Of a DNA stretch of 64,000 bases, positions 39,145 to 47,968 are shown piece after piece. Within the stretch, counting starts at the first letter, position 1. Each line of letters begins with the position of its first letter. The stretch is from Myxococcota bacterium (GTDB lineage: Bacteria > Myxococcota_A > UBA796 > UBA2385). The position numbers were made by a program, and so were the translations under genes. The stretch is from NCBI GenBank assembly GCA_044344255.1, contig JBIJDH010000005.1, positions 32,001 to 96,000 on the forward strand, written 5' to 3'. The notes below the pieces were generated by a model. The model did no database searches and was not told the DNA's origin. It saw nothing but the letters and a program-made list of their open reading frames with translations.

Positions 39145-39641
39145 GGCACCACCGGGAGGGTGGGGTTGTCGTCCCCCAGCCGAAAGCCGAGGAGCGGCTC
39201 CAGGCTGAGGCTGTCGCGGACGATGAAGCCCTGTCCGAGCAGGCCCTCCGCGGCCGAGGTCGCCCCGGGGCCGAGGTCCATCGCCCAGGCCTCCATGCAG
39301 GCGGTGTCCACCGTGAGCAGCACCACGGTGCCGCCAGTCGAATTCACGAGGGTGTAGGTCTCCAGCTCGACGCTGGCGCTGGCGATGCAGTAGGGGGCCG
39401 GGTCACCGGGGTTGAGCGCCACCTGCTCGGTGGGGGCGGTGGAGCCGCTGTCGGTGCCGTCGGTGCCGTCGGTGCCGTCGGTGCCGTCCGTTCCGCTGGT
39501 GTCGTCGGCGGTGAGGCCCGCGCCGGCGTCGGGGTAGTGGAGGGGCCCGATCTGACAGCCGAGGAGCAGGAGCGCCGTGGAGGGGGATGTCCTCGTGGAC
39601 CTTGCGGAGCCTCGTTGAGCCGGGGGGTGAACCATTGGCAT
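39141..39641 (-). CDS. Hypothetical lipoprotein with GTD repeats (start uncertain)
   Basis: LLLLGC lipobox, 9-bp repeat at 39450-39485, ATGA overlap with the next gene. Confidence 0.55.
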   Translation of the reverse strand: MPMVHPPAQRGSARSTRTSPSTALLLLGCQIGPLHYPDAGAGLTADDTSGTDGTDGTDGTDGTDSGSTAPTEQVALNPGDPAPYCIASASVELETYTLVNSTGGTVVLLTVDTACMEAWAMDLGPGATSAAEGLLGQGFIVRDSLSLEPLLGFRLGDDNPTLPVVP

Positions 39642-39819
39642 AGCCCACGGCGCCCCCCGTCTCGGCGAGGGTGTGGTTGTCGCCTGATCTGGGGCAGCCT
39701 GCGGGCGGTGACGAGGCCGTCGGCGGGTGCGCGGAGATCACCGCCGCGTCGGCTACGGCGCTGCGGCGGGACCTTCGGTCCGGGAGAGGGACGAACGGGG
39801 AGAGAGGCGCGCGGGCGCC

Positions 39820-40419
39820 TCAGTCACAGGCGCTCCAGAGGCCCTGACCCGCGTCGCGTGCGTCGCGCTCGTCCTCGTTGAAGAGATCCTCAAAGCTCGT
39901 GTTCGGCTCGATGGCCAGCGTGGAGGCCCAGCCGCCCTGCAGGAGCTCGCGCTCGTAGAAGTCGCCGTCGCCGTCGCCAGTGTGGATGTAGGCGAGGGTG
40001 CGGTCGTAGTAGTCCCTACACTCACCATCAAACGTGAGCCAGACGGTCTTTCCCTCGAGCGCGGAGCGGGTGAAGTCGGCGGCCTCGTCGCCGTAACAGT
40101 CGGCCGGGTTGCCCTCGTGGGCGATCTCCGGCGTGTCGACGCCGATGAAGCGGACGTCCTCCTCCCCCTCGTCGGTGGTGATGTAGGCGGTGTCGCCGTC
40201 GACCACGTAGGTCACCCGCCCGAGGACGGGGGGCCGGCAGGGGCTCGCGCCGGCGGGGAGGGTGGAGGGGTCGATGTCCTCCAGGGGGTCGTGCGGGCGG
40301 GTGCCGGTGTCGCCCCCACCGTCCGCGCCGTCGGTGCCGGAGCTGTCGGCGGTGTCGTCCGGCTTGCCGTCTTCTACGGTGCGGCCCGTCACGCAGGCGA
40401 CGAAGAGCCAGATGATCAC
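39820..40419 (-). CDS. Thermonuclease (SNase-like) lipoprotein
   Basis: VVDGDT, VRFIGVDTPE, RDYYDRTLAY, ARDAGQGLW; GGAGG SD. Confidence 0.9.
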   Translation of the reverse strand: MIIWLFVACVTGRTVEDGKPDDTADSSGTDGADGGGDTGTRPHDPLEDIDPSTLPAGASPCRPPVLGRVTYVVDGDTAYITTDEGEEDVRFIGVDTPEIAHEGNPADCYGDEAADFTRSALEGKTVWLTFDGECRDYYDRTLAYIHTGDGDGDFYERELLQGGWASTLAIEPNTSFEDLFNEDERDARDAGQGLWSACD

Positions 40420-40477
40420 GATGCCTCCAGTGCGGGCATCGTATCCCGGGCCGCCGCGCTCCGCTCCGCCGGCGGGC

Positions 40478-41296
40478 TCAGCGGCGCTGCATCAGCCGGC
40501 TGCGGCGACGCTCGAGGGCGGCGTCCCCGTCCCCTTCGTTGATGGCGTTGTCGACCACGGCGAGGGCGGCGTCGGGGCCGTCCAGGCGCTCGAGGGCGGT
40601 GGCCATGCCGAGGCGGGCGAGGGAGGCGGTGGCCTCGTCCCGGCCGGCGCTCTGGAGGGCGCGGTCGTAGGACTCGTAGGCGGTGGCGGGGTCCGCGCCG
40701 AGGTCGAGGCGGCCGAGCGCCAGCCAGGCGTCGGTGGCCAGGGAGGCGTCGGCGGTGGCAGCGCGGAGGTCGCGGTCGGCGGCCTCCGTGTCACCGAGCT
40801 CCACCCGGGCGAGGCCAGCGTCGAGGAGCCAGCGCGCGGCGCGGGGGCTCTCCGGCTCGAGGCCCGCGGCGGTCTCCCAGGCCTCGGCGGCGCGGGCGGG
40901 GTCGCCCAGGCGCTGGGCGTAGAGCCCGCCGAGCCGCTCCCAGGCCGCTGCGGCCTCGGCGGGGCTGGGCTCGAGGGAGAGGTAGGTCTGGAGGAGCTCG
41001 AGGGCGCGGTTGGGGGCGTCGAGCTCGACGGCGGCCACCTCGGACGCCCGCCAGATCGCCTCGGTGCGGGTGGAGCGGGTGGCCCAACCTTCGGCGAGGG
41101 CGGTGTAGGCCTCGACCGCCCCCTCCGGATCACCCGCCGCGGCGAGCTCGGCGGGGGCCTGGAGCGCGTGGGGAGACCAGGGGCTGTGCCACCAGCCGCC
41201 GATCAACAGCCCCGCGCCCATCACCCCGACCACGCCCCTCCCGAGGTACCGGACTTCAAGGGTCAGGTGCGGGCTGAGCTTCTTCCAGTCGATCAT
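40478..41296 (-). CDS. Membrane-anchored TPR-like protein
   Basis: One N-terminal TM segment, then Ala-rich TPR-like helices (AWERLGGLY, AWLALGRL). Confidence 0.7.
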   Translation of the reverse strand: MIDWKKLSPHLTLEVRYLGRGVVGVMGAGLLIGGWWHSPWSPHALQAPAELAAAGDPEGAVEAYTALAEGWATRSTRTEAIWRASEVAAVELDAPNRALELLQTYLSLEPSPAEAAAAWERLGGLYAQRLGDPARAAEAWETAAGLEPESPRAARWLLDAGLARVELGDTEAADRDLRAATADASLATDAWLALGRLDLGADPATAYESYDRALQSAGRDEATASLARLGMATALERLDGPDAALAVVDNAINEGDGDAALERRRSRLMQRR

Positions 41297-41338
41297 GCCG
41301 GGTTCCGTCCTGGGAGGGTCGCACGAGGCGGGTCGAGG

Positions 41339-41356
41339 TGAGGTCGTTTGACCTCA
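41339..41356. other. Perfect hairpin/palindrome downstream of gyrA
   Basis: TGAGGTC-GTTT-GACCTCA; terminator, 5'UTR stem or operator not distinguishable. Confidence 0.4.
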
Positions 41357-41392
41357 TACGATCAGCCTAACAGAAAACCCCAGGCGGGAGAT

Positions 41393-43984
41393 CTACTCCT
41401 CGCCGCTTTCTGCCTCTTCGGCGTCTTCGGCGGCCCCCTCCAGGTCCTCACCCTCGTCCGCCTCCTCGAGCGGTTCGGGTACAAGCTCCTCAATGCCGTC
41501 CGCGTCGTCGGGATCGACCACCCGCGCCACGCTCATGACCCGCTCGTTCTCCTCGATGCGCATGATCCGCACGCCCTTCGTGATGCGACCCGCCTCCCGC
41601 ACGGAGTCGGCGCTGCACTTGATCACCCTCCCGGTGTTGGTGATGATCATGATCTTGTCGCCCTCGCGCACCGGTACGGTCCCGGCGACGAGGCCGCGAT
41701 GCTCGTCGGTCTGGATCGCGATCACCCCTCGACCGCCACGCTTCTGGATGCGGTACTTCGCGATGGGAGTGCGTTTGCCATAGCCCCCCTCGGTGATCGT
41801 CAGCAGGCGCCAGTCGGCGTCCGCCTCGAGCACGATCAGGTCGACGATCTCGTCCCCCTCCTCGAGGGTGATGCCCTTCACGCCGCGGGCCACGCGGCCC
41901 ATGTGGCGGACCTGCAGCGCGCCGTCTTCGCCCTTGCCCGGGAAGCGGATACTCATGCCCTGGCGGGTGATGATGAGGGTGTGCTGCTCGGTGCGGCACT
42001 TCTCGACGGTGAGGAGCTCGTCGCCCTCGGCGCAGTCATAAGCCCGGAGGCCCTGGGCGCGCAGGTTCTTGAACTCCTCGAGCTTGGTGCGCTTGACGAG
42101 GCCCTTCTTCGAGCAGAAGAGGAGGTCGAGCTCGGTGTCGAAGTCGTCGATGCTGATGACCGCGGCGATGTTGTCCTCGGGCTCAAGCTGCACGAGGTTG
42201 ACGATGGGCGTGCCCCGCGCGTCCCGCGCCGCCTCGGGGAGCTGGTAGACCGGCACCTTGAAGACCTGCCCGTGCGTGGTGAAGACGAGCAGCACGCTGT
42301 GGGTGTTGGCGAGGAAGAGCTCGCGGACGGAGTCCTCGTTGCGGGTGCGCATCCCGCGCTTGCCGAAGCCGCCCCGGCGCTGCTCCTGGTACTCGGAGTG
42401 GCTGGTGCGCTTGATGTAGCCGTTCACCGACAGCGTGATCACCTGCTCTTCGGCGGCGATGAGGTCGTGGATCGCGATGTCGCCCGAGGCCTCGATGAAG
42501 CGGGTGCGGCGCGGGTCGGCGTACTTGGCGCGGAGCGTGAGGAGCTCGGTGCGGATGAGCTCCATGAGCTTCTCTTCGGAGGCCAGGATGCTCTCGAGCT
42601 CGGTGACGCGGGCGAGCAGGCCGTTGAACTCCTCCTGGATCTTGTCGCGCTCGAGGCCGGTGAGGCGCTGGAGCCGCATGTCGAGGATGGCCTGGGCCTG
42701 GATGACCGAGAAGTCAAAGGTGGAGACGAGGCCCTCACGGGCCTCCTCGGGGGTGGCGCTGGCGCGGATGAGGCGGATGACCTCGTCGAGGTGATCGAGC
42801 GCGCGGAGCAGGCCCTCCAAGATGTGGAGCCGGTCCTTGGCCTTTCGGAGCTCGTAGCGCAGGCGCCGCACCGTGACGTCGCGGCGGTGCTGGAGGTAGT
42901 GCGAGAGCATCTCCTTCAGCGTCAGCACCTCCGGGCGATTGTTCACGATGGCTAGGAGGATCACCCCGAAGGTGCCTTGGAGCTGCGTATGCTTGAAGAG
43001 CTGGTTGAGGATGACCTCCTTCGTGGCGTCGCGCTTCAGTTCGACCACGACGCGCATGCCCTGGCGGTCGGATTCGTCGCGCAGAGCGCTGATGCCCTCG
43101 ATGCGCTTCTCCTTGACGAGGCCGGCGATCTCCTCGAGGAGGCGGGCCTTGTTCGTCTGGTAGGGGAGCTCGTCGATGACGATGACGTCGCGGCTGCTGT
43201 CGGTCTCTTCGTAGTGGGTGGCGCCGCGCACGACGACGCGCCCGCGGCCCGTCTCGTAGGCCTCGCGCACCCCGGTGCGGCCGTAGATGGTGCCGGCCGT
43301 GGGGAAGTCGGGCCCGGGCACGATGCGCATGAGCTCGGAGACCGTGATCTCCGGGTTGTGGGAGAGCGCGATCACGGCGTCGATGATCTCGCCGATATTA
43401 TGCGGCGGGATCTTGGTGGCCATACCCACGGCGATGCCGTCGGAGCCGTTGACGAGCAGGTTCGGGAAGGCGGCCGGCATCACGACCGGCTCTTCGGTGG
43501 CGCCGTCAAAGTTGGGCGCGAAGTCGACCGTGTCCTGGTCGATCTCGTTCAGCAGCTCCTCGGCGAGCCGCGTCATGCGGCACTCGGTGTAGCGGTAGGC
43601 GGCGGCGGGGTCGCCGTCGACGCTGCCGAAGTTGCCCTGGCCGTCCACGAGCGGGTAGCGCATGTTCCAGGGCTGGGCGAGGCGCACGAGGGCGTCGTAG
43701 ACCGCGGAGTCACCGTGGGGGTGGTACTTCTTGAGCACCTCGCCCACGACGCCGGCGCACTTCGAGTAGCGGCGAGAGGCGAGGTGGCCCTCGCGGTACA
43801 TCGCGTACAGGATGCGGCGGTGGACGGGCTTCAGGCCGTCTCGGACATCGGGGAGCGCGCGACCGATGATGACCGACATCGAATAGTCGAGATACGAAGA
43901 CCGCATCTCCTGCTCGATGTCGATGTTGATCAGCGTGCGGGCGACGCCCCCGTGGGTGGGGTCGTCGGGGATGGGGGTGTCCAT
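41393..43984 (-). CDS. gyrA: DNA gyrase subunit A
   Basis: [41 protein letters not shown], GyrA-box-like QRRGGFG, beta-pinwheel repeats, acidic tail. Confidence 0.95.
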   Translation of the reverse strand: MDTPIPDDPTHGGVARTLINIDIEQEMRSSYLDYSMSVIIGRALPDVRDGLKPVHRRILYAMYREGHLASRRYSKCAGVVGEVLKKYHPHGDSAVYDALVRLAQPWNMRYPLVDGQGNFGSVDGDPAAAYRYTECRMTRLAEELLNEIDQDTVDFAPNFDGATEEPVVMPAAFPNLLVNGSDGIAVGMATKIPPHNIGEIIDAVIALSHNPEITVSELMRIVPGPDFPTAGTIYGRTGVREAYETGRGRVVVRGATHYEETDSSRDVIVIDELPYQTNKARLLEEIAGLVKEKRIEGISALRDESDRQGMRVVVELKRDATKEVILNQLFKHTQLQGTFGVILLAIVNNRPEVLTLKEMLSHYLQHRRDVTVRRLRYELRKAKDRLHILEGLLRALDHLDEVIRLIRASATPEEAREGLVSTFDFSVIQAQAILDMRLQRLTGLERDKIQEEFNGLLARVTELESILASEEKLMELIRTELLTLRAKYADPRRTRFIEASGDIAIHDLIAAEEQVITLSVNGYIKRTSHSEYQEQRRGGFGKRGMRTRNEDSVRELFLANTHSVLLVFTTHGQVFKVPVYQLPEAARDARGTPIVNLVQLEPEDNIAAVISIDDFDTELDLLFCSKKGLVKRTKLEEFKNLRAQGLRAYDCAEGDELLTVEKCRTEQHTLIITRQGMSIRFPGKGEDGALQVRHMGRVARGVKGITLEEGDEIVDLIVLEADADWRLLTITEGGYGKRTPIAKYRIQKRGGRGVIAIQTDEHRGLVAGTVPVREGDKIMIITNTGRVIKCSADSVREAGRITKGVRIMRIEENERVMSVARVVDPDDADGIEELVPEPLEEADEGEDLEGAAEDAEEAESGEE

Positions 43985-44102
43985 GTCGGAGTCCGGGGAA
44001 GGACGCGCCCCATAACCCGGCGCCGCCCGAGAGGCTTACATCGGCTTCTCAGGCGGATTTTTGATGGGCGAGCCTCCGGATTCCGGCGGCCTTGGGCTGC
44101 GC

Positions 44103-44675
44103 TCAGCCGAAGAGCTTGCCGAGCCCGCCCAGGAGCGCGCCGGCGGAGGTGCCCTCGGGCTCTTCAGCCTGTGCGGCCTGGGCGGTGGGCGCCGCGCCCT
44201 TGCCGCCGGCGATGCTCGCGAGAAGCGGGGCGGCGGCGAGGATCTTGGAGAGGAGCGCGGGGTCGACGCGCTTCTTGAGGAAGTCGAGGATCAGGGGGGC
44301 CACGAGGCCGGCCTTGCCCGCGTCGACGCCGAAGCGGCCGAGCACGGTGACCACGCCGGCGATGTCCCGGGCCTGCTCACCGCCGAGGGCGCCGGCCGCC
44401 GCGCCGAGCAGGCCGCCCATCCCGCCGCCGCCGATCGCGCCCATCGCCGCGCCGAAGAGGCCGCCGCCCTCGCCCTCCTGGGGGGCCTCGGCCTTCGCGG
44501 CCTGCTTCTGCCAACCGGCGAGCTCGGGAACGGCGCTGTCGAGCTTGCCGGCGGCCTCTTCCCCGAAGCGCTCGGCGACCTCGCCCTTGACGAGCCCGAG
44601 GACGGAGCCGGCGATGCCCTGTGCGGCGGCGCCGTTGACGCCGAGCTGAGAGGAGAGGGAGGCGATGAGGTCCAT
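44103..44675 (-). CDS. DUF2780-like Gly/Ala-rich protein
   Basis: MDLIASLSSQLGV..AQGIAGSVLGLVK, AVPEL pattern. Confidence 0.65.
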   Translation of the reverse strand: MDLIASLSSQLGVNGAAAQGIAGSVLGLVKGEVAERFGEEAAGKLDSAVPELAGWQKQAAKAEAPQEGEGGGLFGAAMGAIGGGGMGGLLGAAAGALGGEQARDIAGVVTVLGRFGVDAGKAGLVAPLILDFLKKRVDPALLSKILAAAPLLASIAGGKGAAPTAQAAQAEEPEGTSAGALLGGLGKLFG

Positions 44676-44780
44676 GCGGGCTCCGATGCGGGAGGGGGAC
44701 GGGTGGCTATTCGGTCGCGCGGCGCTGGGCCCGCGTCGGCGGTGGGCTCATCGCACATCCGTCCGCGGTAGGCTGCGGCG

Positions 44781-46130
44781 ATGGCCGATCGCGCCCCCCT
44801 CGCCCTGCCGCTCGGCTGTGTCCTCCTGGGCACCGCCGGGCTCGGCTATGTGAACTGTCGGAACGCCTGGGAGATGGCTCCGAACTGGGGGCAGGACCTC
44901 GCCTTCTTCACGCAGATCGTCCACCGGGCGGCGAGCGGGGGCCCCTGGGCCTCGCCCCTCCTCCTCGAGCCCGAGGGCATGTTCGAGATGGTGCACACGC
45001 ACCTCGTCTTGTTCGTGCTGGTGCCGATCTACGCCCTCCTCCCCCGTCAGGAGGTGCTGCTCGTCGCGCAGGCTGCCTTCGCTTGCCTCGCCCTCTGGCC
45101 CGCCTTCCGGCTGGGAGAGCAGGTGGGCGGGCGGCGCCTCGGCCTCTTCGCCGCCGCGGCCGCCCTCGCCTTCGGCCCCTTCCAGGCCGCGGCCACCTGT
45201 GACTTTCGGGCGAGCAGCCTCTTCATCCCCGGGATCCTGGGCGCGCTCACAGCGGCGCGGGAGCGGCGGGCGGGGGCGATGTTCGCCTGGGCCTGCGTCG
45301 CCCACCTCGGCCGGCAGGAGGCGGCCTACCTCGGGATGCTGGCCGGGGGCGCCCTGCTCGTGATCCCCTGGGGCGAACCCGTGGGGGGGGCGCCCGGCTG
45401 GCGGGCGCGGCTGCGGCTGCGGGAGGGCGCGCTCCTGCTGGGCTTCTCGATCCTCACCTTCGCCGCCTGGACCGCGCTGAAGCCGGAGATGTTCTACCAC
45501 TTCGACCCCCGCAGCCCCCTGGCCGAGCGCCCGCCCCTGGCGCCCGAGATCGCCGAGGCCCGACTTGGCTACGCGCTCCGCCTGCTGCGCTCGGGGGGCC
45601 TCCTCGCCCTGCTCGACCCCGCCGCCCTCCTCGCGGGCCTGCCGATGGGCCTCGCCCTCGCGGTCTCCCCCAAGGAGTGGGAGCCCCTCGTGGGCCCCTC
45701 CGCCCACTACACCGCCTTCTGGCTCCCCTTCTTGCTGGCGAGCTCGATCGCTGGCGCCGGCCGCTTGGGCCGTTGGGGCGGGCCGGCCCTCCTCCTCTTG
45801 AACGCGCTCTCCTTCCCCTGGGTGGGCCTGCGGGAGGGCCACGGCGCGCTGCGGGCCTTGGGCGACCTTGCCCGCCCCGAGGACCGTGTCGCCGCCGACT
45901 ACGACACCATCCACCTCTTCGGGCAACGGGAGGTGCTCTGGAACGTGGCGCAGCTCGAGCTCCCCGAGGCGGAGCGCCCCCGCGGCTGGGAGCGGCCCTG
46001 GCCCATCTCCCTCGACGCGGTGGACCTCCTCGTCGATCGTGCAGACGACCCGCTCGTCCTCCGCGCGGAGGCCGCAGGGTGGGTGGTCGTCGCGACCGTC
46101 GATGACCACGTCGCCCTGCGGCGGCCCTGA
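44781..46130 (+). CDS. DUF2079-like polytopic membrane protein (possible GT-C fold)
   Basis: DLAFFTQ, HTH..L.PIY, LLVAQ, DF, QE, HY motifs; multiple TM segments. Confidence 0.6.
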   Translation: MADRAPLALPLGCVLLGTAGLGYVNCRNAWEMAPNWGQDLAFFTQIVHRAASGGPWASPLLLEPEGMFEMVHTHLVLFVLVPIYALLPRQEVLLVAQAAFACLALWPAFRLGEQVGGRRLGLFAAAAALAFGPFQAAATCDFRASSLFIPGILGALTAARERRAGAMFAWACVAHLGRQEAAYLGMLAGGALLVIPWGEPVGGAPGWRARLRLREGALLLGFSILTFAAWTALKPEMFYHFDPRSPLAERPPLAPEIAEARLGYALRLLRSGGLLALLDPAALLAGLPMGLALAVSPKEWEPLVGPSAHYTAFWLPFLLASSIAGAGRLGRWGGPALLLLNALSFPWVGLREGHGALRALGDLARPEDRVAADYDTIHLFGQREVLWNVAQLELPEAERPRGWERPWPISLDAVDLLVDRADDPLVLRAEAAGWVVVATVDDHVALRRP

Positions 46131-46270
46131 GGGTCCTTCGCGGCCGTCGGGTCATCGGGATCGACATGCGGGGCGCGTAAACCGCCGGCTCGCCCGAGGG
46201 CCGGGGCTCCGCGGCGAAGCTCGCTCTTGCCGGTGGTCGACCGGGGCGGCGATCCGAAGTACCAGGGTCG

Positions 46271-47509
46271 ATGTCCGACGCTCCCCCAGCGGCCCCGAAG
46301 CGCTCCCGCATGACCCTCGCCATCCTCGGGGCCATGGCGCTCGGCCTCGTCGTGGGCCCGCTGCTGGGCGAGTCGGCGGCCCCCTTCGGGGAGCTCGGCA
46401 AGCTCGTCATCCAGCTCATCAAGGCGGTGGCCACCCCGCTGCTCTTCTTCGCGATCGTCAACGCCGTCGTCTCGACGCAGGTGGCGGCCCGATCGGGGCT
46501 CCGCATGCTCGGCTTCGCGATGGTGAACGCCACCTTGGCGCTGGGCGTGGGCCTCCTCGCCTCGAACCTCTTCGAGCCGGGGCGTCACCTCTCGATCGTC
46601 ATCGGCCCGGCTGACCCTGCGGCCCTCACCGCCTGGGCCGACAAGCGGGTGGACCTGCTCCAGACCTTCTCCAGCTATGTGCCCCAGAGCGTGGTCGCCC
46701 CCTTCGTGGACAACGCGGTCATCCCGGTGGTGCTGATGGCCCTGCTCACCGGCTTCGGCCTGCGCGCCGTGCGGCACCAGCAGCGCGCCGAGGGCGGAAG
46801 CGGCCACGCCGTGGTCGAGGCCGCGCTGCGCACGCTCCAGCAGCTCATGGAGGTGGTGCTCGGCTGGGCCGTGAAGCTCGTGCCCGTCGCGGTCTTCGGG
46901 GTGGTGTGCAAGACCGTGGGGCAGTATGGCTTCGCCCCCCTGAAGGGCCTCGCCGCCTACGTCGCGGTGGGCCTCCTCGGCTTCGCCTTCCATGCGCTCG
47001 TCACCTACCAGCTCTGGGTGGGCCTCTGGGCGCGGATCTCCCTCCGGCGCTTCTGGGCGGCGGCGCGGGAGCCGATGGTGACGGCGCTCGGAACGAACAG
47101 CAGCCTCGCCACCTTGCCGGTGACCCTCCAGGCCCTCGACCGTCTGGGGGTGTCGAAGGAGGCCTCGGCTCTCGGCGCCTGCGTGGGCACGAACCTCAAC
47201 AACGACGGCATCCTCCTCTACGAGGGCATGGCCGTGCTCTTCGTCGCCCAGGCCCTGGGCATCGAGATGACGGCCTCCCAGCAGGTGCTCGCCTGCCTCA
47301 CCTGCGTGGTGGCGGCGATGGGGGTGGCGGGGGTGCCCGAGGCGGGCTTCGTCTCCCTGGCGCTCGTGCTCAACACCGTGGGGCTGCCGATCGAGCTCCT
47401 CCCGCTCCTCCTCACGGTGGACTGGGTGCTGGCCCGCGGTAGGTCGGTGGTGAACGTGCTCTCCGACATGGTGCTCTCCATCCTCGTGGACGGTCGCCGT
47501 CATGCTTGA
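46271..47509 (+). CDS. Dicarboxylate/amino acid:cation symporter (DAACS/SLC1 family)
   Basis: TNSSLATLP, NLNNDG, GVAGVP, DWVLARGRSVVNVLSD. Confidence 0.92.
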   Translation: MSDAPPAAPKRSRMTLAILGAMALGLVVGPLLGESAAPFGELGKLVIQLIKAVATPLLFFAIVNAVVSTQVAARSGLRMLGFAMVNATLALGVGLLASNLFEPGRHLSIVIGPADPAALTAWADKRVDLLQTFSSYVPQSVVAPFVDNAVIPVVLMALLTGFGLRAVRHQQRAEGGSGHAVVEAALRTLQQLMEVVLGWAVKLVPVAVFGVVCKTVGQYGFAPLKGLAAYVAVGLLGFAFHALVTYQLWVGLWARISLRRFWAAAREPMVTALGTNSSLATLPVTLQALDRLGVSKEASALGACVGTNLNNDGILLYEGMAVLFVAQALGIEMTASQQVLACLTCVVAAMGVAGVPEAGFVSLALVLNTVGLPIELLPLLLTVDWVLARGRSVVNVLSDMVLSILVDGRRHA

Positions 47510-47942
47510 CCCTGCTACCCCTCCGCCAGCGGCCGCCGCGCCCAACCCGCCCCGGATCGTGCTCTTCGACGGCGTCTGCGCGATGTGCAGCGGTGCGGTT
47601 GACCTGCTGATCCGCCTCGACCGGGACCGGCTGTTCAAGTACGCGGCCCTCCAAGGGGAGACCGCCGCCGCGCTCCGGAAGGTCCACCCCGAGATCCCCG
47701 AGAACATCGACACCATGGCCATCGTGGACGAGGGGGTGGTCTACATCCGCATGAAGGGGGTCTGTCGGGCGGCGCGGTACCTGCCGTGGCCGTGGAAGGC
47801 CGGCTACGCCTTCTTCTTCCTCCCCGCCTGGCTCACGAACCCGCTCTACAACCTCGTCGCCGCGTGGCGCTACCGCCTGTTCGGGAAGAAGGAGTCGTGC
47901 CGGCTGCCGACGCCCGATGAGGTGGAGCTGATCCTCCCTTGA
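47502..47942 (+). CDS. DCC-family thiol-disulfide oxidoreductase (DUF393)
   Basis: IVLFDGVCAMC, FKYAALQG, YNLVAAWRYRLFGK..SC. Confidence 0.88.
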   Translation: MLDPATPPPAAAAPNPPRIVLFDGVCAMCSGAVDLLIRLDRDRLFKYAALQGETAAALRKVHPEIPENIDTMAIVDEGVVYIRMKGVCRAARYLPWPWKAGYAFFFLPAWLTNPLYNLVAAWRYRLFGKKESCRLPTPDEVELILP

Positions 47943-47968
47943 TCGCCCCGCCCGGGTAGGTGTCGGAC

